Below are positions 39,189 to 51,640 of a DNA stretch of 64,000 bases, piece by piece; position 1 is the stretch's first letter; the number at the start of each line of letters is the position of its first letter. The position numbers and the translations under genes were made by a program. Origin of the DNA: Eledone cirrhosa (Eukaryota); contig OZ024748.1 in assembly GCA_964016885.1 (NCBI GenBank), positions 18,166,001 through 18,230,000 on the forward strand, read 5' to 3'. The notes under the pieces were generated by a model. The model worked only from the letters and a program-made list of their open reading frames with translations. It was not told the origin of the DNA and made no database searches.

Positions 39189-39472
39189 TACTGTATATAT
39201 ATATATACTGTATATATATATATATATACTGTATATATATATCATCATCATCATCATCATCATCGTTTAACGTCCGTGTTCCATGCTTGCATGGGTTTGG
39301 ACGGGAGTTTTCCCACTTGAGGCAAGAGTGGTTGTCTTGCTCGCATAGGACTGTCTGGCGGGTTTTCTACAGTTGGATGCCCTTCCTAACACCAACCACA
39401 TTTACAGTGTGGGGCTGGGAGGTTTTTACCGTGTTGCCTACACGGCCACATTACAGCGTGGACTGTCTGGCA

Positions 39473-39553
<81 letters not shown>

Positions 39554-40090
39554 CTGTATATATATATATATATATATATTTCGTTTCTGAATTTGTTTAG
39601 CAAGATTCTTTATCTGAAATCGTGTGTTGAAACCGATATTGTTATACTTTGGGAGGGTCATGTTGCCAATAAGAAACACACGCACCAGTTGCTTTCACTT
39701 CAATTTATTATATATTTATAAATTTATAAATTTACAAATCTACAAACTTATAAATTTCTTGTTGGTTGGTTCCACAACCAGATAGTTGTTTATATATAGT
39801 CATAGTCCTTTCGTCACACACTCTGTGACCTCTTCAGTGACTGGGGATTCCTTCCTTTGTTTCTGTGCCTTTCCTTTCTTCTATCCTTCGCCATTTTTGA
39901 AAAACAGAGTGTGTGACGAAAGGACTATGACTATATATAAACAACTATCTAGTTGTGGAACCAACCAACCAACCAGAAATTTATAAGTTTGTAGATTTGT
40001 AAATTTATAAATTTATAAATATATAATAAATTGAAGTGAAAGCAACTGGTGCATGTGTTTCTTATTGGCAACATGACCCTCCCAAAGTAT

Positions 40091-40134
<44 letters not shown>

Positions 40135-40152
40135 TATATATATATATATATA

Positions 40153-40188
<36 letters not shown>

Positions 40189-40694
40189 TATATATATATA
40201 TATATATATATATACTATATATATATATATATATAAAATACGTAGTTAAGAAAGCCACAACAATGCAGAGGGAAATCTCGAGGTAGGAAGTGAATGATAG
40301 ATAGGAGAAACAGGAGAAAGTGAAAATTGAGAGAGACAAAGATGAAAACAAAACAAAGGTAGAAGGGTTACCGTAGTGGAGATTTAATCCCAATATTTCG
40401 GGCTCACGCCCATCAACGGGGGAAAGTTCCAAAAGGGGGGGGGGAACAGGCCAAGCGGAGAAAGTTGTGATGTCGTTAAGACAGGAATGCCGTTATAACC
40501 CTTCTACCTTTGTTTTGTTTTCATCTTTGTCTCTCTCAATTTTCACTTTCTCCTGTTTCTCCTATCTATCATTCACTTCCTACCTCGAGATTTCCCTCTG
40601 CATTGTTGTGGCTTTCTTAACTACGTATTTTACACATTTCACAATTCTTCAAGCAAACTTTAACACCCTCATATATATATATATATACTATATA

Positions 40695-40738
<44 letters not shown>

Positions 40739-40889
40739 TGTATATATATATATATATACTATATATATATATATACTATATATATATATATACTATATAA
40801 TATATATATACTGTATATATATATATATATATACTGTATATATATATATACTGTATATATATATATATAATGTATAAATATACATTATG

Positions 40890-40934
40890 GCAAGCTGATG
40901 AGTTGGGATTACCCAACGAAACTTAAGTACCTGT
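40890..40934 (+). ncRNA. Canonical-core minimal hammerhead ribozyme (unit C)
   Basis: Identical to 31937-31981. Confidence 0.8.
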
Positions 40935-41848
40935 ATATATCACTGTTGTAACTGATTATATATCTATCTATCTATATATATATAAATGATGATGATGATG
41001 ATTTATCCCAAATGAAACAGTTCTAGTCCTGTAGAAGCCATTTCTATATTAAATATGATATATACACACATATACACAATACACACACACAAAAGTGACC
41101 ATGCTAACACACACACATATATATATATATATAAGCATGGAAAGCTGGACACACTCTCCCATAATGCTGCTGAAATGGGTAAAAGCTTTCAGTCCATCTT
41201 GTTAGGTGGTCATGCTGGTGTCACAACAAACGCCCCTAGTCCACCATGCTAGATGCTCATGATAGTAACATGACAAAAGAACACCCAGTCCACCCTGTAA
41301 AGTGGTCGTGTTTGTGACGCCACAAAATGTACCTAGTACACCCATTAAAGTGGTTGTATTGGTGACACAGCTAAAAGTACCCAGTCCATCCTGCCAAGTG
41401 GTCATATTGGTGATACAGCAAAAAGTACTCAGTTCAACCTGTCAGTTGGCCATGGAGGTGTATCCCAACAAAAAGCAACCAGTCACCATTGTAAATGTGT
41501 TGGCGTTAAGAAGGGCATCCCACTGTATTTACGGAGAACTTACATTTGTGACATATATACAAAAACTAATTTCGTTCCATTGCTTATGTTTACGTTTCGT
41601 GTTTTCGATTTTCCATTTCACTTTAATGGAATCCTTCTGTCCAGAATTTAATAGCAGGTAGAAATCGCATCAACGCTTAATTTTCACAAGAATTATATAT
41701 AGCTGTGTTGTCAAGTTTTTGTTTACATCATTATAGTTATTGTATAAACAGAAATGAGTGCAACGCGAGTGGAATTTGATGAGTGTGGAAACAATGAAAG
41801 CAACAAAACTTATCTATTAAAATACAATAAAATGAAAAGAAATAGCAT

Positions 41849-41855
41849 CGTCCCT

Positions 41856-41905
<50 letters not shown>

Positions 41906-41922
41906 AATTGCGCCACAGAGAC
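41849..41922 (-). tRNA. tRNA-Asn (anticodon GTT)
   Basis: Minus strand GTCTCTGTGGCGCAATTGGTTAGCGCGTTCGGCTGTTAACCGAAAGGTTGGTGGTTCAAGCCCACCCAGGGACG, 74 nt, full cloverleaf. A T4 Pol III terminator lies downstream (41835-41838). Confidence 0.96.
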
Positions 41923-42084
41923 GTAACCGAAAACGCTTGGCTAAATAAATAACTTATATGCCTGACTTTCTCTTCTCTTCTCTTTTTTTCCTATGACCTA
42001 ATTTCCTTTGCTAAAGGACAGTAAAGATAGTTAATACAAACAGATTGTCAGTAGGGTTGTTTTGGTGGGCGATGTTTTCATTTT

Positions 42085-42500
42085 TAAGGAGGTATGTGTA
42101 AAAGCCAAACTCGCTATTTTCAATTCGATGTTCGTGTTTCTCATGAATTTTTGGCTAATAAACGAAAGAAAGCAGCTGAGATGAGGTTCTTCTGAAGTCT
42201 TTGGAGTAACGTTACTTGATAGGGTGTATAGCTCGGAGATCAGGGAACAGCTACTTCTTCGAATTAAGAGATCACAGCTCCGATACTACTGACATGTGGT
42301 TAGAATGCCTGAGGAAAGAATCGTTGGACAGATTTTACGAGTAATACCTACCGACAGGAGACCTAGAGGTAGACAACGAGCAAGATGGTTGGATAACACC
42401 CACGAGTTCTGTTGGAACTCGCTTGGGTGATTCAACAGAGTTAACTCTAATAGGACCCTCTGGTAGGCTTGTTTGAGGACTCTTACCCCCCCCCCCCCCC
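42085..42500 (+). mobile_element. Decayed fragment of a second, older RTE family
   Basis: Homologous to 62700-63260 (aggaggtatgtgtaaaagccaaactc..., agagatcacagctccgatact). Confidence 0.7.
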
Positions 42501-42679
42501 GTAAGGACCCTCTCATGTAGAGGGCAAAGAAGAAGTATTTAAGGAATATAGTAGCTTCCATGTACGATATAAACTAGGGTTTGCTGTCTTTCTCTTCATT
42601 TTATTTTGACATTTATTTCTGTAAATAATTTAAAAGTTGCAGATAGCTGAAACAATAATTGATAATAATAATTATAATA

Positions 42680-43250
42680 ATTGTTTCTACTTTAGGCACA
42701 AGGCCAGCAATTACCCATTGCATTACTGGTACTTTATTTTATCGACCCCGTAAGGATGAAAGGCAAAGTTAACCTCGGCGGGATTTGAACTCAGATCGTA
42801 AAGGGACGTAACTATGCTGCAAAGCATGGCGTCCGATACTGCCAATCCACCGCCCTAATAATAATTATAATAATGATTTCTACTATAGGCACAAGGCCAG
42901 GAATTTTGGGGGAGGGGAACGTCGATTAAATCGACCTCAGTTCGTTACGGGTACTTTATTTTATCGACCCCGTAATGATGAAAGGAAAGGTTAACCTCGT
43001 AAAGGGACGTAACTCTATACCGCGAAGCATGATAATAATTGTTTCTACTTTAGGCACAAGGCTAGCAATTTGGGAAGGAGAAAGTCGATTAAATCGACTC
43101 CAGTACATTACTGGTACTTTATTTTATCGACCCTGTAAGGATGAAAGGCAAAGCTATCCTCGGTTGATTTGAAATCAGAACGTAAAGGGCCGTAATTCTA
43201 TGCCGCTAAGTATTTGGTTCGACGCTCTACCGATTGTGCCAATCCACTAT
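42680..43250 (-). mobile_element. Cluster of three co-oriented SINE A copies
   Basis: Reverse-complement SINE A consensus repeated head-to-tail. Confidence 0.85.
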
Positions 43251-43310
43251 CTTTTCCTCATCTCATATATGTATGTTGACTCGTAAATTATTGTTGGGGA
43301 AAACTTTCTG

Positions 43311-43378
43311 TCGTTTTAGGATATATAAAATGGTTGACAATAATATTATTGTCAACCATTTTATATATCCTAAAACGA
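43311..43378. repeat. Perfect 68-bp palindrome with no spacer
   Basis: tcgttttaggatatataaaatggttgacaataat|attattgtcaaccattttatatatcctaaaacga. Confidence 0.95.
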
Positions 43379-43423
43379 AATATCGCCCCTCCCCCACAAT
43401 TGCTATATTCCACCTGATACTTT

Positions 43424-44355
43424 GATTGGCTGGTTGGTTGGTTGGTCGGCTGGCTGGATGGTTGGTTGGTTGGTTGGCTGGTTGGTCGGTCGGCTGGTTG
43501 GTTGGTTGGTCGACTGGCAGGTTGATCGGTTGGTTGGTTGGTCGACTGGCTGGTTGGTCGGCTGGCTGGTTGGTCGGCTGGCTGGTTGGTTGGTTGGTTG
43601 GCTGGTCGGCTGGCTGGTTGGTTGGCTGGTCGGCTGGCTGGTTGGTTGGTTGGTTGGTCGGTCGGCTGGTTGGTTGGTTGGTCGACTGGCAGGTTGATCG
43701 GTTGGTTGGTTGGTCGACTGGCTGGTTGGTCGACTGGCTGGCTGGTTGGTTGGTTGGTTGGTTGGTCGGCTGGCTGGTTGGTTGGTTGGTCAGCTGGCTG
43801 GCTGGCTGGATGGTTGATTGGCTGGTTGGTCGGTCGGTTGGTTGGTCGACTGGCTGGCTGGTTGGTTGGTTGGTTGGCTGGTTGGTCGGCTGGCTGGCTG
43901 GTTGGTTGGTTGGTCGACTGGCAGGTTGATCGGTTGGTTGGTTGGTCCACTGGCTGGTTGGTTGGTGGACTGGCTGGTTGGTTGGTTGGCTGGTCGGTTA
44001 GCTGCCTGGTTTGTTGGCTGGTTGGTTGGCTGACTGATTGGTTCGTGTTGTTTTCATTCTTGTTTTGTTTTTCCTCCCAAGAAATGAATCAGATTAATAA
44101 AGGAAAGTATTGCTGTAAAGTTTTCTGGCTGGATGGATGGCTGGCTGGGTGGATGGTTGGTTGGTTTGACGGTGGTTTTCGACAGTTGCCTGGCTTGTCG
44201 GTAGGTTCTGTGGAGGGGGCGTGCTTTCAATTGGCTGGCTGGCTAGTTGGTTGGCTGGTTTGCTGGTTAGGTGGTTGGTTGGTTAGCTGGTTGGTTGGTT
44301 AGTTGGGTGGCTGGCTGGCTGGTTGGGTGGTTGGCTGGTTTGTTGGTTGGTTGAT
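43424..44355. repeat. (GGTT/GGCT/GGTC)n tetranucleotide-derived satellite
   Basis: Direct inspection; a higher-order unit ggtcgactggcaggttgatcgg recurs three times. Confidence 0.9.
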
Positions 44356-44410
44356 GTATATGTGTGTGCATATGTCTATATGATTGTGTGCATATGTATA
44401 TTAGTATGTA

Positions 44411-44456
<46 letters not shown>

Positions 44457-47400
44457 TATGTGTGTGTATATATATATATATATATATGCATATGTGTGTG
44501 TATATATATATATATATATGCATATGTGTGTATATATATATATATGTGTGACACAGATTCATGCATATATATACTCACACACATGCACATCTACACAAAT
44601 GCATCCATACATACACACGTACGTACATCCACACACACACATATATATATATATACACATATGCATATATATATACACACACATATGCATATATATATAT
44701 ATATACACACATACATACTAATATACATATGCACACAATCATATAGACATATGCACACACATATACATATAAACATATGTACACATACATATATACATAT
44801 ACACACACATACATATATATATACATACATATATATATACACATACATACTTATATACATATATACACACACATACATATAAACATATGCACACATACAC
44901 ATATACATATACACACACATAGATATATAGATATGCTCACATAGAGATCTAGTGTAACAGTTGAATGTGCACATATGGTTAAAAATACTGATTATACGCC
45001 CAAAATATAAAATACATTTATCTAAAGGAAGTATGCTACTAAGTAATGTGTTGCTTACATGTTTTTATATTATTATCTTGTGATAAACGGACTACGGACT
45101 GACAGTTAAGCTACATAGAGTAGGATTGGCGTTACCTTTAAGGCCAACTAGGGAGTCGTTATGGGCGCAGATATTATTTAACCGCAAAGAATCGAATTAT
45201 TCACTAATATAATGGTTTCTACTTTTGACACAAGGCCAGCAATTACGCCAGTGCATTACTGGTGCTTTATTTTATCGACCCGAAAGGCAAAGTTAATCTC
45301 GGTGGGATTTGGACTCTGAAAGTAAAGGGCCATAACTCGATGACTGCCAATACACCACCCTATATTTACTAATATAATCACCTTGTGTATTTGTCCGTCA
45401 CAGACTAGAGATGACTGAGGAAGGAAGAGGTGATGATGTTGACTGAGGAAGGAAGGGGTGATTATGTCGACTGATGAAGGGAAGGGTGTTTACGTCGACT
45501 GGGGAAGGAATACACTCACATCTATGCGATGACTCAGGAAGCAGAGGGGGGGGGGGGATGAGAAACTATAGAAGTCCAGCGTTCTAAGATTCGTCACAGC
45601 TGTGTGTTTGTATGTTTGTATCTCTTGTGTGAGTGAGCACGATGAAATCAACCAACCAACCAACAAACATCTCTGTTTTATATTATATATAGATATTACA
45701 ATTAGCCGTCATGTATATATAATAAACAAAAGTATATTTTAGGCCTCATGCTACGTTTCTGGGGCGGGTTTGTAAAGACAGAATCTTTGGAAGAATGGAC
45801 TCACAGAAGCCATGTTGGATAGGGACAATGGAGACGTATAATTATCAACGTTGTATGAAGGAACTCGACATCGTGATGATATTCAAAGAGCGTTGAATGA
45901 ATTATGAATTTCGAATATATATTAGCTCGAAACAGGCAAATATTTATCTCAAAATGGATGTTGCGTGGTTGCTGTGGGGGCCCTCTTAGTTCTTGGGCCC
46001 CGGAACAAAGAGCCCGCTAGACCCACCCCCCATAGGCCCTGCTAATGAGCCTCCTGGGTTCGAAACAGACTTTAGACTTTTAGACTAAAGTATGACGTGA
46101 ATGCTGTTCTATGCTGTTGTTCAACTTGCTAAAAATACCAGCTAAACCTCTCTCTAACCACACACAACTATTTATTCTGTTTTCAAGTGTCTATATTGTG
46201 GATGTGGTAGGTATCCCCGCCCCTTGTTAGTCAATGGTTATATTTAGCCTTAGAAACAGATTGTATAATAGACTTTATGAAAAACAATATCATTTGTAGA
46301 ATTGGTGCTGAATTTTTTTTGGGGGGTGGGTGGAGGGGGCAACGTTTTGTCGTTGTTTGTTTGTTTTTAAAACTTCTTTTCTCAGAATTCTTAAATGCAA
46401 ATTTGTTGATGTTTTAGAATAAATCTATCTATCTATCATTCTATCTGCCCGTCTGTCTATGGCTATCTATCTATCTATCTATCTATCCTTTTATAAGTAT
46501 ATGTTAGATAATTCTAAACACTGATTGGTTGAACTCTGATACGTCACATCTCAACAGTTACCCGTCTTACGAAGTGTTTATGTGTAATTTTAAAGTAAGG
46601 CTACTTAATGGAGATACTTAAAGATGACCTTTCACTAATTCTGACACAGCAGAGATTTTTTGGTAATTCTGTTTGACTTTTGGACTTAGCTAATTCCGTA
46701 ATTATATTTAAACTAATAACAATAGTTTCTACTTTCGGCTCAAGGCCGGCAACTTGTAGGGAAGGGGTGAAAGTCGATTAAAACGACCCCAGTGCGTTAC
46801 TGGTACTTTATTTTATTGACCTCCAGGAAGATGAAAGGCAAAGCTAAGCTCGGCGGGATTTGAACCCTGAATGTAAAGGGACGTAATTCTGTGTCACAAA
46901 GCATGATGTCTGACTCTTTACTGATATTGCCAATCCATCGCAGCTTAATCAAATAATTGTTTCTTATATAGGCACAAGGCCAGCAATTTTGAGGGAGGGG
47001 GGGAAAGTCGATTAAATCGACGCCAGTGCGTGACAGGTACTTTATTTTATCGACTCCGTAAGGATGAAAGGCAAAGCTAACCTCGGTGGGATTTGAACTC
47101 ATAGCATTAAGGGCCGTAACTCTATGCCACAAAGAATGTTATCCTGCGCTCTACCAATTTCTGCCAATCTGTATTTAATCAATAATAATTGTACTTCATC
47201 GGATGTTGTATTTTACCGTTTACTTTTCGCGCGCACACACACACAAACTTTTCTGTACTTATCGTTGTTGTGGTATATGTAAAACCACTGCCTTCGGTCG
47301 TTTTTCTTGGTGTCACATTTTTTGTAACTGTTGTGTATACTCTGGACGATAATGTATTAACTTTTTGCTCCATTGAGTACTTTGTGATTGCCTCAAACAA

Positions 47401-47797
47401 CTTGAATAGTACCTGCTGTAACAGCTACACAACTTCGGTTTATACCTAATATATATTTATATATATATATGTATATATATATAAGTACAGAGAACAAAAC
47501 AAAAGACACTGGAAAATCGAAGTTAAACAACAGCTACCCGTGGGGAGTGAATATGATTTTGGTTAATAGACGTTACTACTCTTCCCAGCATACCAGTAGC
47601 CGTTAGTTAAGTGCTACTTGGGAATGAAGTACAAAGAGACGGATCAAAATACAGTACGTCTGCCATTTGAGTTAAATGGCTGGGAAGTCGAAATGCAAAA
47701 AAAAAAATGTACATACTGATATGAGTCCACAGGGTGTTCCTGAAATAGAATACAAGGAAAACAGGAGTTAACCATATAAGGAAAAGAGACACCGTTG

Positions 47798-47871
<74 letters not shown>

Positions 47872-47966
47872 GTGTATGTAAAAGGTAAACAGAAAAGATA
47901 AAACACAATCGGTACAGTATATGGAAGGAATATATTAGGTTAACGCTTGAAATAGCAGGAAGAGGG

Positions 47967-48002
47967 TCTTAACGTTTCGGACGCTAGTCCTTCATCAGAA
48001 GA
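47967..48002 (-). ncRNA. Minimal hammerhead ribozyme in a dispersed ~170-bp Penelope-type repeat (about 47880-48035)
   Basis: Minus strand reads tctt-CTGATGA-a-ggac(tagc)gtcc-GAAA-cg-TT-aaga with palindromic aacgtt stem III. Relatives at 13962, 17642 and 55725. Confidence 0.72.
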
Positions 48003-49242
48003 ACAAATGAGAAATAAGATAGATTGAAGGGACGGCTGGAGTGAAATTGGAAAAAATGTCTTTATAATTATGAAACGAGGCTCAGGAATAGAATGGACAC
48101 AGCTTCGGTCGTCTTTTCACTCACTCAATAATTTAATTAAGTCTGCATTATTAAAATACAAGCCCACTCGATTAGGGGTAGTCTATATATATATATAAAA
48201 GTAGTTCCACAACAGTTATTACACCATTTCCGAGAACAATTTCTTTCACCTCAACCGGATCATCAACTCAGTTTAAATGAGATGATACAGAAAAGGAAGA
48301 CGATGGCACAAATAAACATGCGCAGAAGATATATATATATATAGTAATAATAATAAATTTTGGTTTTTGATATGAAATCGTGTGTCGAAACAAATATTGT
48401 TATACTTGGAGAGGGTCATATTAACCGATATAAAAGACACAGAAGCGAAAACCAACCAAACAGTGAGTGTGTTCTGTTATTAATTCTGGTAATATTATTA
48501 CACAAATATGACCCTCCCCAAGTATAACAATATATATATTTATTTATTTATTAAAATAACAGATTAAAGTTTAAGCAAAGAATCGCTGCTTTCACCCTTA
48601 ACGGGATCTTCTGAAACTAAAAAAGTCAATCTGTGAACGCAGAAGTAAATATTTCAAAAAATGTTGCAACCGAAGGAAGAACGTCTCCATGAACCACCTA
48701 ATAGAATATTAGTCTACGACTTCATTTATACCATAAACGTGGTTTTGTCTTTGCGTGTAATTGTTTTCACAGCCTTATCAATAAAGGCCTTTATCATCTA
48801 AACTTTGTATTTCCTCATTCTGTGTATTTAACACGCCTTTACATTGCCTAGAAACTTGATAGTTTGGCAAAACATTTCACTTTAGCAACAAAAACAAGCA
48901 GAATAAAACCAGTTATATAACTTACAACTTTATATATAGAGACTTTTTTTTCACATCCTGACACTAAGTGTGCAATTATATTGTGGAAAATGATGTCAAA
49001 ATTCAGTGAAATACCATCATACGGGGGGTCGATAAAATAAAGTACCAGTAATGCACTGGGTAATTGCTGGCCTTGTGCCTAAAGTAGAAACAATTATCAT
49101 TACCCTCATCTTCATCAACACAACTACCACTATCACCACCACCACCACCACCATCATCACAATTACCACTACCACCATCATCATCACCCTTATCATTAAC
49201 ACAACTACTACCACCACCACTACCACCCTTATCATTAACACA

Positions 49243-49275
<33 letters not shown>

Positions 49276-49299
49276 GTTATTATTATTATTATTTATTTT

Positions 49300-50132
49300 T
49301 TGGATTGGCAGTATCGGTAGAGGGTCGGACGCCATGCTTTGCAGCAAAGAGTTACGTCCCTTTATGGTCTGAGTTCAAATCCCGCCGAGGTTAACTTTGC
49401 CTTTCATCCTTACAGGGTCGATAAAATAAAGTACCAGTAATACACTGGGTAATTTGCTGGCCTTGTGCCAAAAGTAGAAACAATTATTTTTATTTTTTTT
49501 TTAACATTGTTAAAATTTGTTTACATGCAAAACCCACGCACCAACACACACACACACATATATATATATATACACACACACACACATATACATACTCACC
49601 TGAGCACTGTACACAATAATTTCATTATTATTATTATATATATTCATCATATACACACGCGCGCGCGCAGTTTTCGTCCTGTACTGTCATAATGTTTTTC
49701 TTGATGTAAACCCTTTGTGGTTAATAAAGAAATCATTATTATTTGGCTTGGCAGTATCGGTAGAGCGGCGGACGCCATGCTTTGACGCATAGAGTTACGG
49801 CCCTTGCCATTCTGAGTTCAAATCCCGCCGAGGTTAACTTTGCCTTTCATCCTTACGGGGTCGATAAAATAAAGTACCAGTAATGAACTGGGTAATTCCT
49901 GGCCTTGTACCAAAAGTAGAAACAATTATTATTTAGCAGTATCGGTAGAGGGTCGGACGCTATGCTTTGCGGCATAGAGTTATGGCCCTTTATGATCTGA
50001 GTTCAAATCCCGCCTAGATGAGCTTTTCCTTTCATCCTCACGGGGTTGATAAAATAAAACACCAGTAACGTACTAGGATTGATTTAATCGACCCCCCCCC
50101 CCCAATTGCTGGCCTTGTGCCTATACTAGAAA

Positions 50133-50180
<48 letters not shown>

Positions 50181-50570
50181 GGGCGGTGGTTTGGCAGTAT
50201 CGTTAGAGCGTCGGACACCCTGCTTCGCAGTATAGAGTTACAGCCCTTTACATTCTGAGTTCAAATCCCGCCTAGATTAACTTTTCCTTTCATCCTTACT
50301 GGGTCGATAAAATAAAGTACCAATAAGAACTGAGGTCGATTTAATCGACTTCCCCTCCCCTTCAAATTGCTGGCCTTGTGCCTAAAGTAAAAACATTATC
50401 GATAGAGGGTCGGACACCATGCTTTGACACATAGAGTTACGGCCCTTTATGGTCTGAGTTCAAATCCCGCCGAGGTTAACTTTGCCTTTCATCCTTACGG
50501 GGTCGATAAAATAAAGTACCAGTAATGTACTGGGTAATTGCTGGCCTTGTGCCAAAAGTAGAAACAGTTA
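49300..50570 (+). mobile_element. Cluster of five co-oriented SINE A copies
   Basis: SINE heads near 49300, 49743, 49936, 50180 and 50400, mostly following ATT-rich tails. Confidence 0.88.
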
Positions 50571-51109
50571 TTATTATTATTATCATTATCATTGTTGTTG
50601 TTGCTGTTGTTATATTACTGAGGCAGCTCTCTAAGAAGGCGGTAGCCATTTAAAACCTCTGTCCGTTCAGATAAAAGGTGACTGAAAATTGCTGGCCTTG
50701 TGCCAAAAGTGGAAACAATTATCTCCATTTATCTCGTAAAAGATTGTTGAAAAGCAGAAGAAAAAAACAATAACAGCAACAACAACAACAACAACAATAC
50801 CAACAATAACAATACCAACAACAAGTGAACAAAACAACAAATAAGTCTGAAAGGAGAAACGACGTATAAAAAAAAACATAACCGGGAGAAGGAAAGCCAC
50901 TGGCAATTGTTGTTACATAAATCTTTCAACAAGAAAGAATGATGGTCCTCCCTCGGTTTGACGATGATTGTTCTAGTTGTTCGATCAATGAAACGGCCTA
51001 CTGTTGAAATTAGCATGTTAACTGGCGGAGCATTCTATTAATTAGCACGTGTACGTGTAGTTTTTACATAATTGTCAGGGAGATTCAACATGACATGTGT
51101 GACATCTTT

Positions 51110-51640
51110 TTCGCCCACTTACTCCTGAGAGGGTCATGGTGGCAGAGTCCTCAAACACTCTCTCCAGCGGCTGCTCCTGTCAGAAGCAACAGTCTCCAAC
51201 TGATCCTGCTGGATCCCCAAGCGAGACCAGCCAAGCTCATGGATGTTATCCAACCATCTTGCTCTGGGTCTCCTAACTGTTGGTCTTGCCCGTAAAATAT
51301 GTCCAGCGATTCTTTCCTGAGATATTCTAGCCACATATCCATAGTATCGGACTTATGATCTCTCTATTCGGAGAAGTAGCAGCTCTACCTGGAGTGATTC
51401 TCCAAAGACCCTTCGGAGGAACCCATTTTGTCCGCGTGTATTCGCGATCGCATTCTTTCGGTCATTACCCAAGATTCATGACTATAGGTAAGGGTTGGCA
51501 TGAAAACCGAATTGAAGATAGTGAGTTTGGTTTTTACACCTACCTCCCTTCTGATTACTGAATGCTGAAGCTGGCACATTATTGCCCCAGCTTTTGCAAT
51601 TCTTGCACTTAATTCAGCCTCCTGCCTTCCATCACTCGTG
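51110..51640 (-). mobile_element. Decayed RTE (second family) 3' fragment
   Basis: Minus translation ...VKTKLTIFNSVFMPTLTYSHESWVMTERMRSRI..., ...RPTVRRPRARW. Confidence 0.8.

Larger units (their letters stand above)
24988..41056 (+). repeat. Tandem segmental triplication: unit A 24988-33361, unit B 33362-37943, unit C 37944-41000, plus a ~55-bp partial fourth start
   Basis: atttatcccaaatgaaacagttctagtcc at 24988, 33362, 37944 and 41001; internal modules are collinear and near-identical. Confidence 0.95.

Noticed and set aside
43288-44302. QPTN / WLVG repeat ORFs
   Set aside because: Tetranucleotide satellite translations.
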